Shown here: positions 13,002-25,790 of the stretch, in pieces
How positions within the stretch are numbered: the stretch's first letter is position 1
Layout of the letters: every line of letters begins with the position of its first letter
Assembly: GCA_964016885.1 (NCBI GenBank)
Contig: OZ024747.1
Coordinates: 49,228,001-49,292,000 of the forward strand
DNA: 64,000 nt
Direction: 5' to 3'
Origin: Eledone cirrhosa
Lineage: Eukaryota
Notes under the pieces: generated by a model
What the model was told of the DNA's origin: nothing
What the model saw: only the letters and a program-made list of their open reading frames with translations
Database searches by the model: none
Position numbers and translations under genes: made by a program

Positions 13002-14009
13002 AGATGATGCTTGACATACCTTGACTATGTTGATGGTTAAAATTCAGTCATGGCAGTGAATAAGTTAGGACAAAACTCAATATTTATATACCTTAAGATT
13101 GAGACATGAAAAAATTACATATAATACAGAGGGTGCGTGTGAGAAAGCTTATAAAGATACATAATAATAAATAACTATTAATATAATATAAACCTACATA
13201 ACTGTTAGAAATTTAAATAATTTAAATAAAGTAATATATGGATAACACATTATTGTAGAAAGAGGAAGTGAAAGACAGAAAGAAACAGATGAGGAAAGAG
13301 TGTGACTAGAAGTATAGTATTATCTTATGCCCGAAAGCAAAAGAAAATTGATCAAGGATAGAGAGAAGAGGAGAAAAAAATAAATTTTATAGTATAAAAC
13401 ATAGGGAGGGAGACTTGTATTGTCATGGATAAACAGCGTATAATTAGATGAGGTAAAATATATAAATATAAATATATATTTGGGTATAGCTTGGTGAATG
13501 ATTAATTTCGAATCGTTAAATTATTTAGAAATAGTCAATCAATCAAAATATCAAATATATATCTGGGTGTAGTTATATGACGGTTTATTTTCGAATCCTT
13601 AAGTTAATTAGAAATAGTCAATTAATCAAATATATATATCCCAATTTATTTTTTTCTCCTCTTCTCTCTATCCTTAATCAATTTTCTTTTGCTTTCGTGC
13701 ATAAGATAATTCTATATTTCTAGTCACTCTCTCTGTCTTTCACTTCCTCTTTCTACAATAATGTGTTATCCATATATTACTTTATTTAAATTATTTAAAT
13801 TTCTAACAGTTATGTAGGTTGATATTATATTAGTAGTTATTTATTATTATGTGTCTTTATAAGCTTTCTCACACGCACCCTCTGTATTATATGTAATTTT
13901 TTCATGTCTCAATCTTAAGGTATATAAATATTGAGTTTTGTCCTAACTTATTCACTGCCATGACTGAATTTTAACCATCTACTTAGTCAAGGTATGTCAA
14001 GCATCATCT

Positions 14010-14076
14010 TATTTTATCTGATGAGGACGTACTGTTGAAGATAGCTCAGTACCTCTGAAATATGTATAATAAAATA
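14010..14076 (+). ncRNA. Type I hammerhead ribozyme, family A
   Basis: tattttat-CTGATGA-GGACGTACTG ttgaagatagct CAGTACCTCT-GAAA-tatgta-TA-ataaaata. Confidence 0.85.
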
Positions 14077-14213
14077 TACTTGATCACACGAATTTCTATA
14101 TTTGTTAATATTTTGAATTATTATTAATAACTCCGGAAAACCATTTCTTTGGAGTGCTTCTAAACTATTGTAAAACTGTATTCATTGATTTATTCATTGA
14201 ACCTTGTTTAACC

Positions 14214-14283
<70 letters not shown>

Positions 14284-14321
14284 ATATTAAATAAATGGAA
14301 ACTATATTTATAAAACCATAT

Positions 14322-14387
14322 TTATTTTATTATATATATTTCAAGGGTACCAAGACACATTGGTACGCTTTCCTCAGATAAAATACA
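14322..14387 (-). ncRNA. Type I hammerhead ribozyme, family A variant
   Basis: Minus strand: tattttat-CTGAGGA-AAGCGTACCAA tgtgtc TTGGTACCCTT-GAAA-tatata-TA-ataaaata. Confidence 0.8.
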
Positions 14388-15393
14388 AAGTTTATTTTAC
14401 AAATAGAGACATACCCATGAAAATCATACCTTATCGGTTGGATATTCACTGGATAGTGGAAATATACTAGGGATTTTTAAACTTATAGGTGAATATGCAA
14501 ATGAATATGTAAATAATTGAAAAACAACCGTTTATTTAAACGACTATGGAGAGAGAGAAGAGAATAAGAGAAGGATAAAATAGTGAGCGAGAGAGAGAGA
14601 AAGAAGAAAGAAACAAGAGAAGATATATAAAAACTCATATAACGTTAATTTGAGGGAAATATATTCTAAGTATATTTCTCAATAGTACATGTATTTACGA
14701 TTATTAGTTGTTTAAAATTTGTTTATAATATAATATTTTTCTTCTGTTATAAGTAGATAAATAAATACATAAATAAATAACTAAATAAATAAATAGATGG
14801 GTATATCATGTTATAGATAATTGTTCTAATGAGTTATGAGGGATATTGGATAATGTAAATAAATATTAAGTTAAATTAAATTAAATTAACTGAGTTAAGA
14901 AGAATATTTACAGTCATTATATCTGTATCGACCTTCAGTCTGACACTGCTTTGACTGATACACTCCCTTCCCTGTATATATCACATACATGTATGTGGTT
15001 GCGCGTGTGTGTAAGCTTATACGCGTGCTTTCATCCTTGTATGTGTATATATTTCAATCCTTAGTCCCTAAGTCTGTATGTATGCTAACTCTATTATCTT
15101 ACAATTTCTTTTTTCAACATATATTATATACGTATTGGTGGTCACACATACACTGATATGCTTGCCCTCATGTATGTACTTACGCACGCATTTTTTCACT
15201 ATACACATGCATTTGTACATACACACATATGTACATTTGTAGGTGCATATACACACTTTTATACACATACCCTTACTATATTTCCTTATTTTATTTTTAT
15301 ATATCTTTTGCATTACTTTTATTTATATATTTTTTTGCCCGTTAAACTTTTGCCTTTCTTGAGGAGATTTTTCAAATATTTCACTGTTTTAAA

Positions 15394-15467
15394 TTGCCTT
15401 GTCTGACGAACGAATGAGGACGTTTCTTGTATTCGTCTTATTCGGGAAACCTCTGGTAATGAGGTAA
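15394..15467 (+). ncRNA. Type I hammerhead ribozyme
   Basis: ttgccttgt-CTGACGA-ACGAATGAGGACG...CGTCTTATTCGG-GAAA-CCtctGG-TA-atgaggtaa; all three stems pair. Confidence 0.8.
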
Positions 15468-15492
15468 TTATATTGTATTGTTTATTATACAT

Positions 15493-15566
<74 letters not shown>

Positions 15567-16229
15567 TTAGGATTTTTTTCAACACACTGACGCGTATGTA
15601 GAAAGAGAGAGTTTGTGATGAGAGAGATAGAGTGATTATGATTTTCTACATGCTGACGCGTATGATTGTGCACATAAATACATCTATATGTATGAGTATA
15701 TAACTATAATCGCACAAACACAGACAAACTTACAAAAATACACGCTCACGGACATACATTTACACAAACAACCCATGCTAGCGTGGAAGATGGATGTTAA
15801 ACGAAGATGATGATGATGATGACACACATACAGTCATGATAGCAGCGTTCGAGAGTAAAATGAAGTGCAACCTTTTATTTATTTATTAACAACACAGTTT
15901 AACTCTTTTTTTTCTTAAACTCATTCATATAAAAATTTAATATAATGCTTACAGAACGAAAACGCAAACAAATATAATATATACAAAGGAAAGGGAAAGG
16001 AAAAAAAGAAAGAGAAAAAAACACACAAGCAGATAATGCACACATCTTAGACCACATAAGAGACACTGCATCCTTTAAGGCCTCCATGCTTCCCGAGATC
16101 CGCCAACACTACAGCTAACACATACACACATGTACTTCCCTGACATTTGTGTATTATTCTATGTACTATACATACACCTTTGATGAGTTGTAGTGCACCT
16201 GAGCACTTTACACAATAATTTCATTATTA

Positions 16230-16495
16230 TTATAGGCTGGATAATGTAGTTAGTTGACAGAACACGGTATTTTAGGATTTTGTTCAGTTCAGCTGCAGAT
16301 GATGTAGCTCTCGCCCTTACTGCTGCATCCAGGAGGTGGGAAGAAGCAAAAGAGTCACTAACTGTGACGTCCCAGATAAGGCATCTGCTTCTTGACCAGG
16401 GGCACATAGTAAGATCGTCAAGTCTTTTCCCATCAATTCTGGACAACCCAGAAGGTTCCAAAATTGAGGCAATGTTTGCCCGGGCCAAAGCTCTT
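16230..16495 (-). mobile_element. CRE-clade RLE endonuclease fragment
   Basis: ORF 16159-16629: LEPSGLSRIDGKRLDDLTMCPW..LIWDVTVSDSFA..AELNKILKY. Confidence 0.75.
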
Positions 16496-16698
16496 ATGTG
16501 GTAATAGAAGTGTGTGTATGTGCGCGCTCGTGAGTTTATTAGCGTTCTTAAATTGAGACGTATGTGTGTGTGTGTCACTGTTTTTAAGTTAGACATATGT
16601 GTATATAAAAGAATGAGTGAGGAATGCATATTTACACCTTTTAGTTATTTTGGATGAGTTGGAAGAGTTGAGACATTTAACGATACTTGTAATAATAA

Positions 16699-16884
16699 TT
16701 GTTTCTACTTTAGGCACAAGGCCAGCAATTACCCAGTGCATTACTGGTACTTTATTTTATCGACCCCGTAAGGATGAAAGGCAAAGTCAACCTCGGCAGG
16801 ATTTGAACTCAGATCGTAAAGGGACGTAACTATGCTGGTAAGCATGGCGTCCGACCCTCTACCGATACTGCCAATCCACCGCCC
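16699..16884 (-). mobile_element. SINE family B
   Basis: Full family B sequence; flanks CTTGTAATAATAAT and CTTGTACTAATAAT (TSD-like). Confidence 0.9.
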
Positions 16885-17020
16885 TTGTACTAATAATAAA
16901 CATTAGACTTGTATGTTTATTTATTAAAATTTTAACATTAATGCATCCTTGTTGGTGATTGATACATCTTACTGTCAGCCGTGGAGGATAACATGTTGTG
17001 CTAGATGGTTGTGACTTGTA

Positions 17021-19030
17021 AAGAGGCATTTGAGAGAAGGCGACATTCACAAATGGAAGCAAGTTGTCCTATGTGAGTTCCACAGGACAAGAGGCATTTG
17101 AGAGAAGGCGAGATTCACAAATGGAAGCAAGTTGTCCTATGTGAGTTCCACAGGACAAGAGGCATTTGAGAGAAGGCGACATTCACAAATGGAAGCAAGT
17201 TGTCCTATGTGAGTTCCACAGGACAAGATGCATTTGAGAGAAGGCAACATTCACAAATGGAAGGAAGTTGTCCTATGTGAGTTCCACAGGACAAGGCGAC
17301 ATTCACAAATGGAAGCAAGTTGTCCTATGTGAGTTCCACAGGACAAGGCGACATTCACAAATGGAAGGAAGTTGTCCTATGTGAGTTCCACAGGACAAGA
17401 GGCATTTGAGAGAAGGCGACATTCACAAATGGAAGCAAGTTGTCCTATGTGAGTTCCACAGGACAAGAGGCATTTGAGAGAAGGCGACATTCACAAATGG
17501 AAGGAAGTTGTCCTATGTGAGTTCCACAGGACAAGAGGCATTTGAGAGAAGGCGACATTCACAAATGGAAGGAAGTTGTCCTATGTGAGTTCCACAGGAC
17601 AAGAGGCATTTGAGAGAAGGCGACATTCACAAATGGAAGGAAGTTGTCCTATGTGAGTTCCACAGGACAAGAGGTGTTTGAGAGAAGGCGACATTCACAA
17701 ATGGAAACAAGTTGTCCTATGTGAGTTCCACAGGACAAGAGGCATTTGAGAGAAGGCGACATTCACAAATGGAAGGAAGTTGTCCTATGTGAGTTCCACA
17801 GGACAAGAGGCATTTGAGAGAAGGCGACATTCACAAATGGAAACAAGTTGTCCTATGTGAGTTCCACAGGACAAGAGGCATTTGAGAGAAGGCGACATTC
17901 ACAAATGGAAGGAAGTTGTCCTATGTGAGTTCCACAGGACAAGAGGCATTTGAGAGAAGGCGACATTCACAAATGGAAACAAGTTGTCCTATGTGAGTTC
18001 CACAGGACAAGAGGCATTTGAGAGAAGGCGACATTCACAAATGGAAGGAAGTTGTCCTATGTGAGTTCCACAGGACAAGAGGTGTTTGAGAGAAGGCGAC
18101 ATTCACAAATGGAAACAAGTTGTCCTATGTGAGTTCCACAGGACAAGAGGCATTTGAGAGAAGGCGACATTCACAAATGGAAGGAAGTTGTCCTATGTGA
18201 GTTCCACAGGACAAGAGGTGTTTGAGAGAAGGCGACATTCACAAATGGAAACAAGTTGTCCTATGTGAGTTCCACAGGACAAGAGGCATTTGAGAGAAGG
18301 CGACATTCACAAATGGAAGGAAGTTGTCCTATGTGAGTTCCACAGGACAAGAGGCATTTGAGAGAAGGCGACATTCACAAATGGAAGCAAGTTGTCCTAT
18401 GTGAGTTCCACAGGACAAGAGGTGTTTGAGAGAAGGCGACATTCACAAATGGAAACAAGTTGTCCTATGTGAGTTCCACAGGACAAGAGGTGTTTGAGAG
18501 AAGGCGACATTCACAAATGGAAACAAGTTGTCCTATGTGAGTTCCACAGGACAAGAGCTGTTTGAGAGAAGGCGACATTCACAAATGGAAACAAGTTGTC
18601 CTATGTGAGTTCCACAGGACAAGAGGCATTTGAGAGAAGGCGACATTCACAAATGGAAGCAAGTTGTCCTATGTGAGTTCCACAGGACAAGAGGCATTTG
18701 AGAGAAGGCGACATTCACAAATGGAAGCAAGTTGTCCTATGTGAGTTCCACAGGACAAGAGGCATTTGAGAGAAGGCGACATTCACAAATGGAAGCAAGT
18801 TGTCCTATGTGAGTTCCACAGGACAAGAGGCATTTGAGAGAAGGCGACATTCACAAATGGAAGCAAGTTGTCCTATGTGAGTTCCACAGGACAAGAGGCA
18901 TTTGAGAGAAGGCGACATTCACAAATGGAAGCAAGTTGTCCTATGTGAGTTCCACAGGACAAGAGGCATTTGAGAGAAGGCGACATTCACAAATGGAAAC
19001 AAGTTGTTTTATGTGAGTTCCACATTGGAC
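17021..19030. repeat. 68-bp tandem satellite, about 30 highly similar units
   Basis: Unit AAGAGGCATTTGAGAGAAGGCGACATTCACAAATGGAAGCAAGTTGTCCTATGTGAGTTCCACAGGAC; two 52-bp deleted units near 17290-17400. Confidence 0.97.
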
Positions 19031-19859
19031 AACTAAGAGATATGTCATTGGGCTAACCCCAAATCGGGAAACGTCCCTCTAACAGCTTTCCACACAATTT
19101 CCTTCTCCCAAATTTCATTCACATTTTTGTTGACCAGAAGTTCCAGTAGAAGACTCTTACCCAAGTTGTCATGCAATGACCTTCACAGTTATATCTGCCC
19201 AAGAACACTTATACCTTATATATATATTAGTGTATTTCATTTTCATCATCGTTTAACATCTATTTTCCACGCTAGCATGGGTTAGACGGGTTGTCCTATT
19301 TGAGGCAAGTGAGGTCAGGTGACAGTGTCTGGCTCATAAATAACTGTCTGGGGCTTGATTTCTATGACTGGATGCCCTTCCTAACGCGAACCACATTAAT
19401 AGTGCGGATAAAAAGGGAGTAACGTATTTGCACTGCTGAGTTTTGATTGGTCTAAATGACTATGGTGGTGTGAGGGGGGAATGGGAGAATATTTTGAAGA
19501 CTGAGAAAAAAATACGAAAGGCAAGGGAAAATATTTTTCAGCTTTCGATTGAAGACAGAAGAAAAATAAGGACAAGAGGGTTAGGGTGCTTTAAAATGAA
19601 AAAGGTTATGAGATCTGAAAGAGTAAGGATATATATATGTATCATCATCATCATCATTTACCGTCCATTTTCCACGCTAGCATGGGTTAGACAGGTTGCC
19701 TCGTTGTGAGACAAGCCAGGTCCAGTGACCATACGCACATACACACACACACACATTAATATATATCTGTGTGCGTGCGTGTGTAATGTCAAGGGTTTCC
19801 ATAGACTAGATCTTGACCTTACGAAATCTCATAGGAAGTAACATCACCCATTTTATTTT

Positions 19860-19943
19860 CTTGCCTGAAGAGAAGCAAATCCCTGGGCAGACCATAACTT
19901 TATGGCCAATATAGGGGCAAGCTTTGAAACCTTAGATAGCAAG
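19860..19943 (+). ncRNA. Type I hammerhead ribozyme with extended stem II
   Basis: cttgc-CTGAAGA-GAAGC..CCCT...AGGG..GCTTT-GAAA-ccttaga-TA-gcaag; perfect 5-bp stem I, weak stem III. Confidence 0.7.
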
Positions 19944-20029
19944 CAACTGCATTGAGTAACATTAATAGCATATGTCTTTCTGTCCCCCTCCCCACTCTCT
20001 CATATATATATAATGTGGTCTACATTTTG

Positions 20030-20250
20030 TGTACATTCATTCAAAAATGAAAAACTAAAACACTCTACAACTTGAGCTAACAGAATTTGGGAACTAAAAA
20101 AGAAAGGTACTAAATACATCTCATGGTCAGTCCTCGATTTTGCTGATCAATACCAACAGCACACAACTTGTAAAATGTGTATACTTGAAATGTATTATAT
20201 AATCACAGAGAAAAAGTTAATTAATAATAGACTGGAACACGTTTTTCTCC
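20030..20250 (+). mobile_element. Penelope GIY-YIG C-terminal fragment, degenerate
   Basis: HSFKNEKLKHSTT..IWELKK..WSVL..CKMCILEMYYII..LINNRLE, paralleling 32784-33100. Confidence 0.7.
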
Positions 20251-20337
20251 CATTATAATCCCGACTAGCATACAACTCGAACTCAACATCATACCCTTTG
20301 AACATAGATATAAATATTATGATCTACATTTACATTA

Positions 20338-20528
20338 AGGGCGGTGGATTGGCAGTATCGGTAGAGGGTCGAACGCCATGCTTTCCAGCATAGTTACGTC
20401 CCTTTACGATCTAAGTTCAAATCCCGCCGAGGTTGACTTTGCCTTTCATCCTTACGGGGTCGATAAAATAAAGTACCAGTAATGCACTGGGTAATTACTG
20501 GCCTTGTGCCTAAAGTAGAAACAATTAT
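20338..20528 (+). mobile_element. SINE family B with 18-bp TSD
   Basis: ATTATGATCTACATTTAC at 20316-20333 and 20524-20541. Confidence 0.92.
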
Positions 20529-20861
20529 GATCTACATTTACTCTGTCTGATTTCCTCTACTTGATGCCACACTATCTCTAAGATAACATCAATATATCCA
20601 ATCCATATACAACTACTAAGTCAGCAATATAGGATACTCTCTGATCTACCTAAAACATCACAACAATGATGAATAACTATAAACTTTAATCTATTCAAAG
20701 AACAAATGACTTTATGTGACAACAAGGCTAGTGACAGTGATGCTAACCACAAAGAATATGTTAGTTGTGGCTGTCGCTAGAACTACCACTCCTCCTCTCT
20801 CTTCATCCTCTTTCTTCTTCTTTCTCTCAGTACATCATAATACGACTATGCATACAACCTA

Positions 20862-21112
20862 CTTCCCTGCTTGCAAGGGTGGGACGGGAACTGATTCTGG
20901 CTTGATTTCTAACACCAACCTCATTTTTACAGTGAGTGGTGGGCTCTTTTATTCCGTGGCGCCTACACGTCCATTTTACAGTGGAATTTCTACAGCTGAG
21001 TGAACTGGAGCAATGTGAAATAAAGTGTCTTGCTCAAGGAAATAGCACATCACCCGGTCTGAGAATTGAACTCACAACCTTTCGATTGCAAGGCCAATGC
21101 TCTAACCACTGA
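20862..21112 (-). mobile_element. SINE family A, internally deleted
   Basis: Same head, core and tail as 7627-7968. Confidence 0.8.
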
Positions 21113-21126
21113 GCTATATATATATA

Positions 21127-21328
21127 ACGAAGGAAATGTGGTAAGGAACCAGGTGGACCATGACGCACCAAAGTACTCAATACTTAGGGTAGTAGAGTGG
21201 GTAATAGGATCCAGTAAGACCCCGACGGCTGAGCTCAAGCCGTTTCGACGGCTAATTCTGAGTGTCTTGCTCAGAATTAGCCGTCGAAACGGCTTGAGCT
21301 CAGCCGTCAGGGTCTTACTGGTTCCTAT
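21127..21328. mobile_element. Short fold-back element in (TA)n containing the 3' half of a hammerhead
   Basis: Palindrome 21204-21328; GAAA-CGGCT..AGCCG-TC; second copy at 57642-57835. Confidence 0.7.
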
Positions 21329-21340
21329 ATATATATATAT

Positions 21341-23764
21341 ATCATCATCATCATCATCATCATCACCGTTTTACGTCCGTTCTTCCACGCTAGCATGGGT
21401 TAGACGGGTTGTCCTGTTGTGGGCAGTGTCTGGTCGGCTGACCATGCCTTGCTCATACAGGAACTGATCTGGCTTGATTTCTACAGCTGGATGCCCTTCC
21501 TAACACCAACCTCATTTACAGTGAGTGCTGGGTGCTTTTTCGTGGCGCCTACACGTCCACTTTACAGTGTGGGCTGGGTGCTTTTTTGCCGTGGCACCTC
21601 CACGACCACCTTGCGGTGGGGGGGGGGGGGGCATATTGTTTATATGCTTCAGCATGTACCCATGGGAGGTCGGGTACCCTGTATTACTGCGTGACGCCAG
21701 AAGTCACGGTCGTGTGTCATTGACTTTGAGAGGTGTAGTTGGGTAAGGTCGGCTTTTATCACCTCATCCCAAGACATCTTGGGTCTCCCCACTCCGCGGT
21801 TTCCATCAACTTCTAGTGCTCTGCACCTTTTTATGCAGCTGTCATCCTTCATACGCATCACATGTCCATACCAGCGTAACCGCCTCTCCTGCACGCAGCA
21901 TTTGATTCCTCTTATGCTCAGTCTCTCTCTCAATTCATTTATGCTTTGTCGTTCACGTATATTACTGTTACACATCCATCGGAGCATGCAGGCTTCGTTT
22001 CTCTCTAATCTACGTAAGTCTTCCACCTTCAGCGCCCAGGTCTCACTACCATGCAACATCGCTGTTCGGATACACGCATCATACAGTCTGCCTTTCATTC
22101 TGAGGGAGAAGCCTTTTGCAGCTAGCAGTGGTAGTAGTTCCCTAAACTTCTTCCATCCCGTTCTTACCCTAGTTATTGTACTTTCTGAGCACCCACCTCC
22201 GTTGCTAATTCGGTCACCTAGGTAGCAGAAGCTGTCTACTGTTTCTACAGGGCCCTCCCAGAGATTGGTGGTACTTGTTTCCTGTGGCTGTTTGCTTGCT
22301 GTTTCAGCACAGCTGCTGCATGTGAATCCTACATTCTTAATTAAGCTTCCTGAGATCCCGCTACATCTCTTGTGTACCCATTGTTTGCATTTGGGGCAAA
22401 GAATGGAGTTCCTACCTACACCTTTCCTACATACTGAGCAAGGCCATTTCCCTGAGGGGATCTGGGTTCTGTTTTCTCGTCTACTTATAAGGACCTTAGT
22501 CTTTGTCATGTTGACTTTGAGGCCCTTTCTCTCTAGTCCCTGCTTCCAGGTTTGGAATTTATTCTCTAGTTCTACCATAGATTCAGCTATGAGTGCGAGG
22601 TCATCAGCATACAGGAGTTCCCATGGGCATCCGGTCTTAAACTCCTCCGTTATTGCCTGCAGGACTATGATGAACAGGAGAGGGCTAAGAACAGAGCCCT
22701 GGTGGACCCCAACCTGTACGCTAAATTCCTCGCTATACTCATTGCCAATCCTAACTTTGCTGACTGCTCCCCTATACATGGCTTGTACCGCTTTCACAAG
22801 CCATTCATCTACTCCTAGTTTTCTAAGAGCCCACCAGATTACTGCACGTGGAACTCTGTCAAAGGCTTTCTCAAGGTCGACAAATGCCAAGTAGAGTGGC
22901 TTACTTTTAGCTAGGTACTTTTCCTGTAATTGCCTCACAAGGAAGAGCGCATCAGTGGTGCCTTTCCCTGGTACAAACCCAAATTGCATCTCGTCTATAT
23001 TCACCCGGTCCCTAATCAGCTGTGCTATAACTCTTTCTGTTACTTTCATGACCTGGTCCATCAACTTTATACCTCTATAGTTTCCTCTATCTAGTGCATC
23101 GCCTTTACCTTTGTAGCAGTTGACAATGATGCTACTGCACCAATCTTTTGGTATGGCCCCCTCTAGTATTACCTGGTTAACGATACGTGTGGTTATAGTG
23201 TGACCTACAGACCCAGATGCCTTCAGCATCTCGGCAGCTATACCCGATGGACCGGTTGCCTTCCCTATCTTCATATCTCTGATTGCCTTACTTACTACGC
23301 TGCCGCTGACTTGTACTGTTGGTCCCTCTATAGGGTCTACGTGGGGTAGGGTCTCTTCTTCCCATGCATTCTCCTCATTTAGTAATCTATCATAATGACT
23401 CTTCCATGCATCTTTCTTCTCAGCACTTGTGAGGGCAAGCTCACCTTTATCATTCCGGATACACTTCTCTCCAATGACATCACAACTATCTCTGACACAC
23501 TGCCTCGCAATCTTGAATACCTCCTGTTTCTGGTCCTCACGTTGTAAAACATGCTTGAATTTTCTATCCTCTGCTTCCCTCCTAGCTAAGTATACTTGTC
23601 GCCTAGCTTCCCTCTTGGTCTCTATGTAATGTACCCTGCTCCCCCCGTTCTTCCATTCTTTCCATGCCTGTCTCTTGGCCTTGACTGCTTCATCTACCTT
23701 ATTGTTCCACCACCAAGTCACTCTCCTCCTGCTTGAGGTCTTACTCCAGCCACAAACCTCATCC

Positions 23765-23766
<2 letters not shown>
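21341..23766 (-). mobile_element. Young 5'-truncated RTE-clade LINE
   Basis: Uninterrupted RT ORF, 3' UTR and (ATG)n tail, flanked by (TA)n on both sides; same family as 8200-11652. Confidence 0.95.
21649..23766 (-). CDS. RTE LINE ORF: reverse transcriptase plus PHD-like Cys/His domain (lacks endonuclease; initial Met is probably not the natural start)
   Basis: NYRGIKL, QFGFVPGKGTTDA, FVDLEKAFD, HQGSVLSP, LYADD, CSVC..C..C..WVHKRC..C..C, FCYLG, RLRWYGHV. Confidence 0.9.
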
Positions 23767-23795
<29 letters not shown>

Positions 23796-24254
23796 TTAGT
23801 GGTTAGAGCATATATATATATATATATATATACATACACATACACATATATATATATATACATATATATATTAGGGACCAGCGCTTAAATTCCTCTGGGT
23901 TTTTTATGTGCTTAAAACATTTTTCTTCTTTCTGTTTTCATTTCATTTAAACATTTAAAAAAAAAATGTTTACCTTTTTATTTACTTTTTATATTATCTT
24001 CCTTTTAGTTTTTTATTATTTTAGTTTTTTTATTATGTTTTAACCATTGCTTGTATTTTTTGCTTTTGTGTGCCATCAATTGTATCTGCATCTTGTGAAA
24101 TCTGCTTGTGCCCTAGCATTTAGCTGTGGTGCTTAACAACCCCAGCATGTACCCCCCCCTCCTTGTTCGCCATCTCCGATCTCCCTATCTTTACCCTCTA
24201 TTGTATTCCAATTGTTTGTGTGACTAAGCTTGGTGGAGCTTATACTCAGCACTG

Positions 24255-24320
24255 TGTTTATTAAGCTCTGAGGATTTCTACCAAACGGTATGGATGAAAC
24301 ATTGTAAGCAAATAAAGACT
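24255..24320 (+). ncRNA. Type I hammerhead ribozyme
   Basis: tttattaagct-CTGAGGA-TTTCTACC aaac GGTATGGAT-GAAA-CAtTG-TA-agc.aataaa. Confidence 0.7.
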
Positions 24321-24477
24321 GTTTGAGTATGTAAGCGTTCTTTGGTTTCTTTTACATATAACGGCTCTGTTCTTGTACATTGAGCTAACACAATACTGTC
24401 ATAATACAACACGGTGCATGTGTGTTTATGCACATATGCTCCGTGCTATACGTAAATAAATATATATATATATATAA

Positions 24478-25790
24478 CGCTCATAGCTGAATCAATGGCC
24501 GAGCTAGAGAAGAAATTCCAAACATGGAAGCACGGCCTAGAATCAAAAGGCCTTAAAATTAACCTGGCTAAGACTAAAGTTCTAGTTTGTAGGAAAGAAA
24601 ATAAGGCGCCGGTCCCTTCCGGGAAATGGTCATGCTCAGTGTGTAGGAAAGGCGTAGGTAGAAACTCCATTTTATGTCCCAAATGCAAAATATGGGTGCA
24701 TAAAAGATGTAGTGGGATCACAGGTAAGCTAACTAAGAACACAGATTTTACATGTGGCCGGTGCTCTGGTGCAATAAGTAGCAGCAAGTGCCCACAAAAT
24801 ACTAGCTCTTTCAATTGCGCAGAGGGTTCTATAGAAATAGTGGACAGCTTCCGTTACCTGGGTGACAAAATCAGCAGTGGGGGAGGGTGCTCTGAAAGTA
24901 CAGTAGCTAGAGTCAGAACTGGATGGAAAAAGTTCAGAGAGCTTATACCACTATTAGCCGCTAAAGGGTTCTCCCTAAAAATGAAAGGCAGGCTGTATGA
25001 TGCCTGCATACGAACAGCAATGTTGCATGGCAGTGAGACCTGGGCATTGTGTGCAGAGGATATACGCAGACTAGAGAGGAACGAAGCTTGCATGCTCCGC
25101 TGGATGTGTAATAGTAATATACGCGAACAGCAAAGCATAAACGAACTAAGGGAAAAATTAGAAATAAGAGGGATCAGATGTTGTTTACTCAAGAGAAGGC
25201 TACGTTGGTATGGTCACGTGATGCGCATGAAAGACGACAGCTATATAAAAAAGTGCAGGGCAATAAAGATAGACGGTAGCCACGGAGTAGGCAGACCCAG
25301 AAAAACCTGGGATGACCTGATAAATTCCGACCTCACACACTTACACCTCTCCAAGACAATGTCACTGGACCGAGATCTTTGGCGGTACTCAGTAATAGAG
25401 AAGACACGCCTTACCTAAATACAAAGTAAAACCTACTACAGTCAGTAGGCATCTCTAACAAAATACACCCCCGTCCCGTCCCATCCACACCGCCCCTTTC
25501 AATGTAAAGTTATGTTGGTGCCACAACATCCAGGCCGAAACAAATGAGATCGTGTAGGTGTCACGACAAAAAACACACAGTCCACGCTGTAATGTGGCCG
25601 TGTAGGCAACACGGTAAAAACTTCCCAGTCACACACTGTAAATGTGGTTGGTGTTAGGAAGGGCATCCAGCCGTAGAAAACCCGCCAGACAGTCCTATGC
25701 GAGCAAGACAACCACTCTTGCCTCAAGTGGGAAAACTCCCATCCAAACCCATGCAAGCGTGGAACATGGACGTTAAACGATGATGATGAT
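24478..25790 (+). mobile_element. 5'-truncated RTE LINE, sister subfamily (ORF 24495-25418)
   Basis: 307-aa intact C-terminal ORF with PHD-like insert; (GAT)n tail; (TA)n both sides. Confidence 0.93.

Larger units (their letters stand above)
12926..14085. mobile_element. Inverted pair of PLE pseudo-LTRs (arms 12926-13386 and 13643-14085)
   Basis: About 450-bp arms are reverse complements; each carries a family-A hammerhead; spacer has an approximately 78-bp tandem duplication. Confidence 0.85.

Noticed and set aside
17021-19030. CRISPR-like array
   Set aside because: Units are contiguous and near-identical with no unique spacers, no cas genes, and the context is eukaryotic.
21779-22894. Antisense ORFs over RTE copies (also 46637-47773, 24854-25192)
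   Set aside because: Shadow frames of the RT coding strand.
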